DNA from: an uncultured Verrucomicrobiae bacterium
GTDB taxonomy: Bacteria; Verrucomicrobiota; Verrucomicrobiia; Chthoniobacterales; JAFAMB01
Direction: 5' to 3'
Length of the DNA stretch: 64,000 nucleotides
NCBI GenBank assembly: GCA_963813025.1
Contig: CAWEXO010000013.1
Span: forward strand, 1-64,000
Shown here piece after piece: positions 9,596 to 20,629 of this stretch (its first letter is position 1; each line of letters opens with the position of its first letter). Below the pieces are notes generated by a model. The model was not told where the DNA came from. It saw nothing but the letters and a program-made list of their open reading frames with translations, and made no database searches. Made by a program: the position numbers and the translations under genes.

Positions 9596-12500
9596 ATCAG
9601 ACAACTGCGGAACCCTTACCCATTATTAGCGAAACAATTTCGTGCTCGTTTGTATCTCTCGTCGAGATCTTTACCCGCTTTGCGTCCGCGGTGAAGAACA
9701 GCTACACGATCTGTGACTGCCATCGCATCGAGGCAGGGTGAGTGATGTAATTTACAGCAAAGGTTCTGGGAAGCTAGCTGGCGTGCCAATTGATAAGAAC
9801 CTTCTTCTGCTTGTAGACCACTTAGGGGCTGCGGTCGGCTCATCCAGGATAATGAGCTTTGCCTTCCAACGGATCGCGCGAAGCTGATCGCAATCGCTTG
9901 CTTGCCTCTGTCCACCGGAGAGTGTGTTGACGGTTGCGCGCAATGAGGGAATGTGGATGTCGAGCTGCTTGAATAACTCTTACACCTCTTCGCGCATCGC
10001 TCGTCGGCACATTATGTGCGGGAAATGGCCTATCAACCCCCAGGTCTTCTCTCTCCCGATAAAGAAGTTCCCGTGACGCGCAAAGGTTAGGAATTAGTGC
10101 AAGATCCTGAAACAACGGCCTCTATACCGAGAGAGCGGGCAACCTCGGTGAAAAGAAAATATGGATTTTTTGACCTTCGCACCCGAACTGTGCGCACCAC
10201 GCACGCCTGAGATTGTGTCAACGAGGGTCGACTTACCGGCTCCATTATCGCCGAGGAGGCCCAATACTTCGCCACGGCGTATATCGAGGTCAACGTCTTG
10301 AAATCAAGGGCTCCAAACCGCTTTGAGAGAGTGCGGATTTCAAGAAAGAGAGGATAGTCGGTAGTCATAAAATCCTCTCGTTGACTCACGTCAGGCCCAA
10401 ATCTGCAAGGAAGCGCCTACCGTGGTCGAGTATTTGTTCATCAGTCTCGGCGAAGCCGTAAACATTTGCCTCGTATTCCAACCGAGAGCGTTCCTTCATA
10501 ACCTGCTCGCTTGGTCAAGGCGTGAGACGAGTTCAGCAAAGTTGATTTCGCCGGTCCCGAGGGGTGGAAACTCGAAGTCGGCAAAAGTGCCTGGTGCCGT
10601 CTTTCATGTGCACATGAAGACCGCTTTTCGCGTATTCCTGAACAACTCGCAGTGGATTCTCGCCTTGGGTCACAAGTGCACTGGGGTCAAAATTGATTTT
10701 GAAAGGGACGCCTGGCAAATCGCGCTCGAAATCCGCCGTAATTGTTGATCGCATGGAACAAATGTCCAGCGATCGCCTCGATCGCAAGAGAGATACCCAG
10801 CGCGTTGGCCTTCTCTGTCGTCACTGCAACAGCTTCGGCAAAGCACGCCCACGGCTTGAGTCCCCAGCCGTGTTGGCAGGCACCTGGCCTGAGAGGATAT
10901 GCACTACCGGCGCGCCGACGTCGTGAGCCAAATCGATACAACCACTAACAAATTCAAGTGCAACACGCCGGCCGATCCGGATCTGATTCGATCATCGGCT
11001 GATTTGACGCGCTGATGGCGCTAATGGACAAGCCCAGGCGATGAGCTTCGGCGACGATAACGGCGCGTTCCGTGGCAGGAGTTTGAGGTGTTACGTGGTG
11101 GTTTTGCCCAGGGTAGCGTTTCAGCATTTAGCTCAATTGCTTTGTAACCAGCCTGCGCGACTTTTTGGATCGCGACGAGAATCGGATGCTGACTGAGACC
11201 AACGCTATGAAATCCGGAACTCACTCCGTAGAAGTTTCTTTTTTCATTCGCGACATCACTACTGGTATGAAGGGACAATAAAAGGGGCATCTGTAGGAAG
11301 GGGGGAGGTCTATCGACCTGCTGCTTCCGGACGGAAAGATATGCTGCCTGCACCGCCTCTCCTGCGCGCAATCCGTCAAGACCCGTGACAAAGGAAGCGG
11401 GCTTACCTTCGTCGATGCTCTGGCAGAATGCGGCAAAACTGTGCGTCGTAGGGATTTCGGATGTTGCCGCCGAAGAGCAATCACTTCGGCCTTCGAAACC
11501 TTTCCACCATGCGTCCGGATAGTAAGCGTCGCGCAAGATATTCGGGGGTACCCTCCCGCGCTTCTCGGTGTATACCGTGAGCGGGGTTGCGTGGAATGGG
11601 TTAATTGTCTCAGTTACGAAATGAATAGTTCCTCTTGATCCATAGAGGTCAGTTCCTGTTGCCTATGGTTGGCGAATAGCGATCAGAAGAGAGGCAAGCT
11701 CGCGCCCCCTAGGCGAAGCGGCCAAGAAGCCAGACGTTGTCGTCAACCTTGTCTAGGTACGACGCTGTGGGTTATCTTGGTGCAAACGGCTGTCATGTCG
11801 CCAATTAGGTGGCGCGCGAGATCGATGCGGCGGGGATCGTGAGGTCGATGATTGTGGCTCCGCCTGACTTGGCGAGGTCATAGCGATAACGCGTCGCAGC
11901 AGGCTACCCCCTCCAGCGCTCGGCGTAGACGGATCTCGGCGGCATGGATCTCTCCAATGAATCCCGATCTACAAGGCTTTTGGCTATTTGCACTTGAGGC
12001 CAATAACGTTGATTGAATCCGACTTGGAGAACAACTGCAGAATGATCGCAAGCTTCGACCATGGCACGAGCGCTGGCAATATCGATTGCCAAATCGCAGA
12101 GGACGCGCTTTCCCGCTGCGGCGGGGAGCCCGGAGAACTGCCTCCGGATGTACCACGTTTGGAGTTGCGACGATCACCGCGTCGATGTCTGAAGCTTCTA
12201 AAACGGCTTGGAGGTTGTCTGTATGCCGCGGTATCTCATAGTCGCGTGCGCGAGCGCTTGGGCTCGCTCCCGATCCCTGTCAAAGATCGCAACAAGTTCC
12301 GCGTCAGACGACCGTCGGATCGTCGGCGCATGCGACACATGAATAATTGCACCAGCGCCTACGAGAGCGATCCTGAGGGGTTGACTAGAATGTTTCGGCA
12401 TAAATCCGTGCAGCGAGGGTTTATTTCATGACGCGGATTTTGTCGCGGCGTATGGAGAATGAGCACCGAACCGATAAACCGCACCTGCTGAGAACCGTTC

Positions 12501-13420
12501 CCACATTGGTTGCAACCCCAACCATGATCAGGCCATTCGCTAGTACGGCGATAACAAGACTACCTACCACAGTGCCAATAATAGACCCCATGCCGCCGGT
12601 AAGAGGCGTGCCCCCGATTACTACGGCTGAGATTGCCATGAGTTCGAACCCGATTCCAACTGTTCGGGCTTCCAGAGCCGAGTTGCGAGGTGACTACACC
12701 GCCACCGTAGAGACCGGCGAGTGCTCCAGATATCACGAATACCTAAAACTTAACCCTTTATCATAACCCCGAGTATCTGAGTTTTGTCGTCTCCGCCGCC
12801 GATGGCGAAGCAGTAACGACCAAATGTTTGTAGCGATGAGGAAGAAGGAAGCGACCGCTGCGACAACCACAACGAGTACAAGGGGCACAGGTGGTGTGCC
12901 GAATTGATAAAAGAAGCTGTCGAATGGCACAGGAATAGATCTCTGAACCTCCGGTAAATATCACAGTTGCTCCGCGTGCCATCGAAAGCATCCCAAGCGT
13001 CACCACAAACGACGGTATGCGGCCAAAGACGAACAGTGATCCGTTAATCGCACCAATAAGAGCGCCCACAAGAGGTGCCGCGAAAAAGGCGTAGCCGCCC
13101 ACCCCAGTCGGGAGAGTGTTGCTGCGATCTACGCCGGAGAACGCCGTCAGCAAGAGCCGACTGAGAGGTTGATGCTTCCGACGATAATGTGGAACGTAAT
13201 ACCGATAGCAACAAGCGAAAGGACAGCACTGTTCTGTAGGACCACCGAAAGATTTGTAGTCGTCAGAAATCGGCTGCGGGGCATATGGCCAAAGATCAAG
13301 ATCAAAACAACGAGGGCTATATACGCGATATAGAGCCGAAGGAAATCGGCTAGAGCTGGTTGCATACCAAAAGCTCTGACCTTGCTCCCGTCCTTGGGGT
13401 GGAAGCAGTGGCGGGGTAAA
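9596..13420 (-). pseudogene. Frameshifted mirror copies of ABC permease, Gfo/Idh/MocA, sugar-phosphate isomerase and ABC ATPase
   Basis: Short minus-strand ORFs repeat pieces of the right-arm proteins (MQPALADFL, MPKHSSQ, MSQREDF). Confidence 0.85.
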
Positions 13421-13488
13421 TATTCCTATGGCGTGGGCATCGTAACCCGCCAGTACTACCACCCCAAGGACGGGAGCAAGGTCAGAGC

Positions 13489-14433
13489 TTGTTGCGAATG
13501 CAACCAGCTCTAGCCGATTTCCTTCGGCTCTATATCGCGTATATAGCCCTCGTTGTTTTGATCTTGATCTTTGGCAGTGCTGCCCCGCAGCGATTTCTGA
13601 CGACTACAAATCTTTCGGTGGTCCTACAGAACAGTGCTGTCCTTTCGCTTGTTGCTATCGGTATTACGTTCGTCATTATCGTCGGAAGCATCGACCTCTC
13701 AGTCGGCTCTGTCATGGCGTTCTCCGGCGTAGTCGCAGCAACACTCTCCTCGACTGGGGTGGGCGGCTACGCCTTTTTCGCGGCACCTCTTGTGGGCGCT
13801 CTTATTGGTGCGATTAACGGATCACTGTTCGTCTTTGGCCGCATACCGTCGTTTGTGGTGACGCTTGGGATGCTTTCGATGGCACGCGGAGCGACTGTGA
13901 TATTTACCGGAGGTTCGTCTATTCCTGTGCCATTCGACAGCTTCTTTTATCAATTCGGCACACCACCTGTGCCCTTTGTACTCGTTGTGGTTGTCGCAGC
14001 GGTCGCTGCCTTCTTCCTCATCGCTACAACATTTGGTCGTTACTGCTTCGCCATCGGCGGCGACGAGGACAAAACTCAGATACTCGGGCTTCCCGTTAAA
14101 AGGGTTAAGTTCCTGGTATTCGTGATATCTGGAGCACTCGCCGGTCTCGGTGGCGGTGTAGTCACCTCGCAACTCGGCTCTGGAAGCCCAACGGTTGGAA
14201 TCGGGTTCGAACTCATGGCAATCTCAGCCGTAGTAATCGGGGGCACGCCTCTTACCGGCGGCATGGGGTCGATTATTGGCACTGTGGTAGGTAGTCTTGT
14301 TATCACCATACTAGCGAATGGCCTGATCATGCTTGGGATTTCAACCAATGTGCAAACGGTTCTCACAGGTGCGGTTCTAATCGTTGCGGTACTCATCTCC
14401 ATACGCCGCGACAAAATCCGCGTCATGAAATAA
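13489..14433 (+). CDS. Sugar ABC transporter permease (RbsC-like)
   Basis: GSIDLSVGS, IPSFVVTLGM, FELMAISAVVIGGT; frame is open upstream to the palindrome centre. Confidence 0.92.
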   Translation: MLRMQPALADFLRLYIAYIALVVLILIFGSAAPQRFLTTTNLSVVLQNSAVLSLVAIGITFVIIVGSIDLSVGSVMAFSGVVAATLSSTGVGGYAFFAAPLVGALIGAINGSLFVFGRIPSFVVTLGMLSMARGATVIFTGGSSIPVPFDSFFYQFGTPPVPFVLVVVVAAVAAFFLIATTFGRYCFAIGGDEDKTQILGLPVKRVKFLVFVISGALAGLGGGVVTSQLGSGSPTVGIGFELMAISAVVIGGTPLTGGMGSIIGTVVGSLVITILANGLIMLGISTNVQTVLTGAVLIVAVLISIRRDKIRVMK

Positions 14434-14458
14434 ACCCTCAGACTTGCTGCACGGATTT

Positions 14459-15589
14459 ATGCCGAAACATTCTAGTCAACCCCTCAGGATCGCTCTGGTT
14501 GGCGCTGGTGCCATTATGCGTTTGTCGCATGCGCCGACGATCCGACGGTCGTCTGACGCGGAACTTGTTGCGATCTTTGACAGGGATCGGGAGCGAGCCG
14601 AAGCGCTCGCGCGCGACTATGAGATACCGCGGCATACAGACAACCTCCAAGCCGTTTTAGAAGCTTCAGACATCGACGCGGTGATCGTCGCAACTCCAAA
14701 CGTGGTACATCCGGAGGCAGTTCTCGCTGCCGCCGCAGCGGGAAAGCACGTCCTCTGCGAGAAGCCTCTGGCAATCGATATTGCCAGCGCTCGTGCCATG
14801 GTCGAAGCTTGCGAGCATGCTGCAGTTGTTCTCCAAGTCGGATTCAATCAACGTTATTGGCCTCAAGTGCAAATCGCCAAAAGCCTTGTAGAATCGGGAT
14901 TCATTGGAGAGATCCATGCCGCGAGATCCGTCTACGCCGAGCGCTGGAACGTCTACCCTGCTGCGACGCGTTATCGCTATGACCTCGCCAAGTCAGGCGG
15001 AGCCACAATCATCGACCTCACGATCCACCGCATCGATCTCGCGCGCCACCTAATTGGCGACATGACAGCCGTTTTCGCCGAGATAACCCACAGCGTCGTA
15101 CCTGACAAGGTTGACGACAACGTCTGGCTTCTTGGCCGCTTCGCCTCGGGGGCGCGAGCTTGCCTCTCTTCTGATCGCTATTCGCCAACCATAGGCGACG
15201 GAACTGACCTCTATGGATCAGAGGGAACTATTCATTTCGTAACTGAGACAATTAACCCATTCCACGCAACCCCGCTCGCGGTATACACCGAGAAGCACGC
15301 TAAAGATCTGCCCGATATCTTGCGCGACGCTTACTATCCGGACGCATGGTGGAAAGGTTTCGAGGGCGGATGGATTTCTATTCGGCCGCAACGTCGAAAT
15401 CCCTACGACGCACAGTTTGCCGCATTCTGCCAGAGCATCGGCGAAGGTAAGCCCGCTTTTGTCACGGGTCTTGACGGATTGCGCGCACAAGAGGCGGTGC
15501 AGGCAGCATATCTTTCCGTCCGGGAGGGCGGATGGATAGACCTCCCCCTTCCTACAGATGCCCCCTTTATTGTCCCTTCATACCAGTAG
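14459..15589 (+). CDS. Gfo/Idh/MocA oxidoreductase
   Basis: ALVGAGAI, GKHVLCEKP, VGFNQRY, GGATIIDLTIHRID. Confidence 0.92.
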   Translation: MPKHSSQPLRIALVGAGAIMRLSHAPTIRRSSDAELVAIFDRDRERAEALARDYEIPRHTDNLQAVLEASDIDAVIVATPNVVHPEAVLAAAAAGKHVLCEKPLAIDIASARAMVEACEHAAVVLQVGFNQRYWPQVQIAKSLVESGFIGEIHAARSVYAERWNVYPAATRYRYDLAKSGGATIIDLTIHRIDLARHLIGDMTAVFAEITHSVVPDKVDDNVWLLGRFASGARACLSSDRYSPTIGDGTDLYGSEGTIHFVTETINPFHATPLAVYTEKHAKDLPDILRDAYYPDAWWKGFEGGWISIRPQRRNPYDAQFAAFCQSIGEGKPAFVTGLDGLRAQEAVQAAYLSVREGGWIDLPLPTDAPFIVPSYQ

Positions 15590-15599
15590 TGATGTCACA

Positions 15600-16445
15600 A
15601 TGAAAAAAGGAACTTCTACGATGAGTCCCGGATTTCATAGCGTTGGTCTCAGTCAGCATCCGATTCTCGTCGCGATCGAAAAAGTCGCGCAGGCTGGTTA
15701 CAAAGCAATTGAGCTAAATGCTGAAACGCTACCCTGGGCAAAACCACACGTAACGCCTCAAACTCCTGCCACGGAACGCGCCGTTATCGTCGCCGAAGCT
15801 CATCGCCTGGGCTTGTCCATTAGCGCCATCAGCGCGCATGCGCCGATGATCGAATCAGATCCGGATCGCAGGCGTGTTGCACTTGAATTTGTTAGTGGTT
15901 GTATCGATTTGGCTCACGACGTCGGCGCGCCGGTAGTGCATATCCTCTCAGGCCAGGTGCCTGCCAACACGGCTGAGACCGACGCATGGGCGTGCTTTGC
16001 CGAAGCTGTTGCAGTGACGACAGAGAAGGCCAACGCGCTGGGTATCTCTCTTGCGATCGAGGCGATCGCTGGACATTTGTTCCATGCGATCGACGATTAC
16101 GGGCGACTCGAGCGCGATTTGCCAGGCGTCCCTTTCAAAATCAATTTTGACCCCAGTCAGCTTGTGATCCAAGGCGAGAATCCCGTGCGAGTTGTTCAGG
16201 AATACGCGAAAAGCATTGTGCATGTGCACATGAAAGACGGCGCCGGGCACTTTCCGGACTTCGAGTTTCCACCCCTCGGGACCGGCGAAATCGACTTTCC
16301 TGAACTCGTCTCACGCCTTGAGCGAGCAGGCTATGAAGGAACGCTCTCGGTCGAATACGAGGCAAATGTTTACGGCTTCGCCGAGACTGATGAACAAATA
16401 CTCGACCACGGTAGGCGCTTCCTTGCAGATTTGGGCCTGACGTGA
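15600..16445 (+). CDS. Sugar phosphate isomerase/epimerase (xylose isomerase-like TIM barrel)
   Basis: LAIEAI, INFDPSQ, HVHMKD, LGTGEIDF, LSVEYE. Confidence 0.9.
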   Translation: MKKGTSTMSPGFHSVGLSQHPILVAIEKVAQAGYKAIELNAETLPWAKPHVTPQTPATERAVIVAEAHRLGLSISAISAHAPMIESDPDRRRVALEFVSGCIDLAHDVGAPVVHILSGQVPANTAETDAWACFAEAVAVTTEKANALGISLAIEAIAGHLFHAIDDYGRLERDLPGVPFKINFDPSQLVIQGENPVRVVQEYAKSIVHVHMKDGAGHFPDFEFPPLGTGEIDFPELVSRLERAGYEGTLSVEYEANVYGFAETDEQILDHGRRFLADLGLT

Positions 16446-17230
16446 GTCAACGAGAGGATTTTATGACTACCGACTATCCTCTCTTTCTTGAAATCCGCAC
16501 TCTCTCAAAGCGGTTTGGAGCCATTCAAGCACTTCAAGACGTTGACCTCGATATACGCCGTGGCGAAGTATTGGGCCTCCTCGGCGATAATGGAGCCGGT
16601 AAGTCGACCCTCATTAAGACAATCTCAGGCGTGCATCATGCCACCAGTGGCACCGTTCGGTGCGAAGGTCGAGAAGTCCGTATTTCTTCGCCCGAGGTTG
16701 CCCGCTCTCTCGGTATAGAGACCGTGTTCCAGGATCTTGCACTAATTCCTAACCTTTGCGTCACCGGGAACTTCTTTATCGGGAGAGAGAAGACCTGGGG
16801 GTTGATAGGCGATTTCCCGCACATAATGTGCCAACGAGCGATGCGCGAAGATGTGGGCGAGACCCTCAAGCAGCTCGACATCCACATTCCCTCATTGCGC
16901 GCAACCGTCGACACACTCTCCGGTGGACAGAGGCAAGCAATTGCGATCGCTCGCGCGATCCGTTGGAAGGCAAAGCTCATTATCCTGGATGAGCCGACCG
17001 CAGCCCTAAGTGTGCCCGAGCAGAAGAAGGTTCTATCATTGGCACGCCAGCTAGCTTCCCAGAACCTTGCTGTAATTTACATCACTCACAATATCCTCGA
17101 TGCGATGGCAGTCACAGATCGTGTAGCTGTTCTTCACCGCGGACGCAAAGCGGCTGAAGTCTGGACGAAGGATACAAACGAGCACGAAATTGTTTCGCTA
17201 ATAATGGGTAAGGGTTCCGCAGTTGTCTGA
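16442..17230 (+). CDS. Sugar ABC transporter ATP-binding protein
   Basis: GDNGAGKST, LSGGQRQ, IILDEPT. Confidence 0.92.
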   Translation: MSQREDFMTTDYPLFLEIRTLSKRFGAIQALQDVDLDIRRGEVLGLLGDNGAGKSTLIKTISGVHHATSGTVRCEGREVRISSPEVARSLGIETVFQDLALIPNLCVTGNFFIGREKTWGLIGDFPHIMCQRAMREDVGETLKQLDIHIPSLRATVDTLSGGQRQAIAIARAIRWKAKLIILDEPTAALSVPEQKKVLSLARQLASQNLAVIYITHNILDAMAVTDRVAVLHRGRKAAEVWTKDTNEHEIVSLIMGKGSAVV

Positions 17231-17795
17231 TTGCTATGACCCTCCAAACTCATTCCCAGCGCGCTGATACGAGATCGGGACCCGGGAAGTTCCTTCCCTG
17301 GATTAATTAAGACATTAGAGGGTACTAGGCAGATTCGTGTAATTTTATACGCTAAGGAACCATCTTTCCGTGGCTCGGCGTTCGCGGTATCACAGCGGTA
17401 ATGTTTTTCCGCGACCAGCTCAAGCGAGCCGCCAGCCTGACAGAGGAAGATTTCGCCAGCAGTTCGCTTTGGAACTCTTGAGTTCGGCCGGGTGGAAGCT
17501 GGCCTCGAGGGAGCAACTCGGCCAGAGCCTTCACGTTGTAACAGCTCGACCTCTTTTTTGACTAACGCGAGCAACATCGCGCTTTAAGGGTCATCATTGC
17601 GCGGGCTGTTTACGCGAGGAATTATTCAAGATGTCGGGAAACGAGAATTTGCTTGAGCTTTGCCGGTCTGGATTAAGTGCAGCCCGACATAGTGCGTAAA
17701 TCTCCGCTCAAGTAATGTGTTTTCCACCCATGGGGCTGCCCGCTGGAAATCCGGCAAATCCATTCCTGTCGAAGGGTCCGTGAGCCGGGCCTTAA

Positions 17796-17970
17796 TTAAT
17801 GCACGATGCTCTTAGCCACGTCTTCAACCTGGACGACGGCGTCTTTCCCGGACTCCGCGCCGGTCAGGACCTTGTTTACGTTTTGGGAAAAGGCCGTCGA
17901 CAGCTGATTGTAATCGGCCCCGGTGACGGTTGAGGGCCGGGCCACGGCGTTGTTGAAAACATTCGGCATG
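17796..17970 (-). pseudogene. C-terminal fragment of a sugar ABC substrate-binding protein
   Basis: MPNVFNNAVARPSTVTGADYNQLSTAFSQNVNKVLTG. Confidence 0.55.
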
Positions 17971-17974
17971 ATCT

Positions 17975-18494
17975 TAAAAAAAGGGTATTTCGCGAGCCGC
18001 GAAATCGCCGGCAAACTGCAGATCTCGAAAAGCACGTTGTATTCCTACTTACGCCACCGCGGCGTTCCTATCGGTGTTTACCGGGGTACTCGACAAACGG
18101 CGACCAAACCGTAGGAATGAACATGCCTAAAAAGCAGCTCGTTGCGGAGACGTTGATCGATTTGCATCGTCGTCTGAGCACATTGCCCTCCCGCAGTCAT
18201 GACCGTCGCATGATCATGCAGGAGACCGCTAACCTGTATGGTCTATCCGAACAGACCCTCTATCGGGCACTCGCGGAAAGGGCAAGGCCCAAGCCTTGCG
18301 ACGCTCAGACCGTGGTACGCCGCGGGTGCTGCCGCAGGACAAGATGGTATTACTGCGAACTCATCGCCGCCATTAAGGTTCGCACATCCAATAAGAAAGG
18401 ACGGCATCTTTCTACCGGAGAAGCGATCCGGCTGATTGAAGAGTTCGGCGTCGAAACGCCCGATGGCCTATCGGCGCAGACTCCACTGACAGGC
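17975..18494 (+). mobile_element. Transposon remnant: resolvase C-terminal HTH plus truncated, frameshifted IS481-like transposase N-terminus
   Basis: REIAGKLQISKSTLYSYLRHRGV; then LYGLSEQTLYRAL...CELIAAIKVRTSNKKGRHLSTGEAIRLIEEFGVETPDG, cut near the IS110 end. Confidence 0.65.
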
Positions 18495-18559
18495 TGGAAG
18501 ACGTTCTCTGGTTTACAAGTTGATTGGTGCGTGAAGTTATTGACATGGGAAATAGAAGG

Positions 18560-19807
18560 TTAGGCGTTGTGCAGTTTGAGCACCCAGGAGCCGTGTTGGA
18601 TCTGATGTTTCTGATGCAGCTCCGCGTCATAGCGGGTCCGGGTTTGCCACATCTTCCAGAGGATTTTGAGCCAGCGCTGGCCTAGGCACCGTAAGGCGCA
18701 GGGGTGAGTTTTGCCCCTTTTTCGAAGGCTCTGGTAATAGGTGTCGGCCCAAGGGCAGGCGTGTCGGCTTCGGTCAGCCCAGAGGTGAATGGTAGATCGC
18801 AGGACTAAGTTGCACTGGGTGCGAAGTCTGACTTGATGGACGGGACCGGATTGATAGCTGACCGGAGCAGTCCTCCCGTAGCATTGCAGAGCCTGAGGGG
18901 ACTCGAACCGATGACGGTCCTCCCCTAGCTCGCCTAATAGGCGGGGTGCGATTTTGGGGCCGGCTCCCGGCAAGGAGCCGAACAGTTCGTGATCGGGATG
19001 GTGCGCAAAGAGCTTTTCGATTTGCTGACGATAGTCCTCCAGCTGCGTTTGCAGCACCCGTAGCTGCCTGGCACGCGTCACGGCCAGACGGCTCTTAGCC
19101 AGTGTGAGAGCCTCCGAAGCACCAAATTCGGTACCTTTAGCGAAGAGCTCCAGACGCTTTTGATAGGTATTGGGTCGAGCCAGCTTATGGGTGTGCAAAA
19201 ACTTTTCCCATCGGCGTTTGCCGGCGTTGACTAAGGCTTGTGGCGTGGCAAAGGCTTCCACAAAGGCCCACGCTGCGGGCAGCGTCCAGTCCTCAAAAGT
19301 CGCCAGAGCAGTAGGATAATATTCATGCAGGGCAGCGATCAGTTGATTGACCAAGGCCGTGCGCTCTTCAATCAAGGCGATCTCGTCACGGCACAGCAGG
19401 TGCAACTGCTCCAAAAGGGGATCTTGCTTTGAGAGCGGCTTCCAGGTGGAACCATCAAGACGAAGGGCGTCGGCAAAGCTCCACGCATCTAAATGATCGC
19501 TCTTGGTGCCACTCGGAGCTTTGCGATTTCGGTACGCTCGAGCGGCTTTGGGGTTCAGCGGATAAATCGTGCAATCGGGTCTCTGAAGCAGTTGGTCGAC
19601 GACGGCGCCTTGACTGGTTTCGACTGCCACTGCTAAAGGGGCAAAGCGGGCCGCTTGCTGGCGCCACTCTTGCCAGCCTTCGAGCGTATGGGAAAAACTA
19701 AACTCGGTCACGATCTGGCCACCAGCGTTGACGACGACGACGTAATGATGCTGCTTCGCCCAGTCAAGACCGGCAAAGTGAGCTACAAGGGAATCAGGAG
19801 AAGACAT
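18560..19807 (-). CDS. IS110-family transposase/recombinase
   Basis: FAGLDWAK, VAVET, KSDHLDA (DEDD), SLPGAG, TAPVSYQSG; likely start MSSPDS. Confidence 0.92.
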   Translation of the reverse strand: MSSPDSLVAHFAGLDWAKQHHYVVVVNAGGQIVTEFSFSHTLEGWQEWRQQAARFAPLAVAVETSQGAVVDQLLQRPDCTIYPLNPKAARAYRNRKAPSGTKSDHLDAWSFADALRLDGSTWKPLSKQDPLLEQLHLLCRDEIALIEERTALVNQLIAALHEYYPTALATFEDWTLPAAWAFVEAFATPQALVNAGKRRWEKFLHTHKLARPNTYQKRLELFAKGTEFGASEALTLAKSRLAVTRARQLRVLQTQLEDYRQQIEKLFAHHPDHELFGSLPGAGPKIAPRLLGELGEDRHRFESPQALQCYGRTAPVSYQSGPVHQVRLRTQCNLVLRSTIHLWADRSRHACPWADTYYQSLRKRGKTHPCALRCLGQRWLKILWKMWQTRTRYDAELHQKHQIQHGSWVLKLHNA

Positions 19808-20075
19808 TGCGCATTTCCGTTTGGAGGTTTGGGAGCTGTATCGCGCAGCATCAGCCTTGGCCTCAGTCCTGAGTCGACCTGATACAGGATCCTCTTGGGA
19901 TGTCGTTCTCTCAGAATTTGGGACGGAAGCCTCCGAACCGGCCGGTAATCTTTCTTGAGCTCTCGTAGAGCGGGATGCACCGGACCGTACCGGTCCGCAG
20001 GCAAAGCTGCCAATCACCTTCTGACACTGCTTGGAGTTATTAACAACCCCAAGTCGAGTCGTGGCCAAGTTATGT
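19808..20075 (-). ncRNA. Candidate bridge RNA in IS110 left non-coding end
   Basis: Long non-coding end upstream of transposase; contains agagaacg (plus-strand cgttctct 19904-19911) identical to element right end 18502-18509; several hairpins. Confidence 0.45.
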
Positions 20076-20230
20076 ACCGGCTCCGATGAATAATGCGGCC
20101 TGCAATGGTCCTTCTGCCGGCGCCGGTGCATAACTATGGAAGCCGTATCAGCCTGTCTCACTTTCCGGCCGTGACACCGGCATCGTCCCGTTCAAAAGCA
20201 AGAGCTTGTCAGGCCGGCGGCGTTTCCATC

Positions 20231-20620
20231 TCATGTTCGTTTCCCATGGCGAGCGGTGTGAACCCAGTCATCAAGGTCGAGAAGCCGCGTCAACGGATTC
20301 CACAGAAAACGACGATTCCATCGCTGAATCGTTCGCTGATCTTTCGCCTGCGAGTGAGACGCAATCCAATCCGCGATCTCCTGATCGGAGGCACCCGCGG
20401 CAACGGCCTCTTGGAACGCCGTGGCGTCGATTTTGGTGAATCGAAAAAATGCCTGGTCCAGTGGACAGTTGAAATGGTAGCTGCCTGCGCGGTTTGCCAA
20501 CGCGGCGCGACACTTATCGACCGCTCGGGCTGCCATGACGTAGTTGCCCAAGAGCACCCGTGGGCTGCGCGGAGCGACGTGCGAGAGATCCGGAGCGAGA
20601 TCGAGGAGAGATTGTTTCAT
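20231..20620 (-). CDS. DUF5069-like protein
   Basis: APRSPR..LG.YV.AARAVDKCRA...YHFNCPLD..FF. Confidence 0.75.
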   Translation of the reverse strand: MKQSLLDLAPDLSHVAPRSPRVLLGNYVMAARAVDKCRAALANRAGSYHFNCPLDQAFFRFTKIDATAFQEAVAAGASDQEIADWIASHSQAKDQRTIQRWNRRFLWNPLTRLLDLDDWVHTARHGKRT

Positions 20621-20629
20621 GTGAGTTGG

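Larger units (their letters stand above)
8361..18494. repeat. ~10-kb near-palindrome: 8361-~13430 is a degraded reverse complement of ~13431-18494
   Basis: e.g. aagctctgaccttgctcccgtccttggggtgg (13371) vs ccaccccaaggacgggagcaaggtcagagctt (13459); colinear to gcctgtcagt (8361)/actgacaggc (18494). Confidence 0.95.

Noticed and set aside
8400..13460. Many short minus-strand ORFs as novel genes
   Set aside because: They are frameshifted mirror pieces of 13489-18494
19808..20161. 118-aa N-terminal extension of IS110 transposase
   Set aside because: Family homology starts at MSSPDS; the upstream region is better read as the non-coding end
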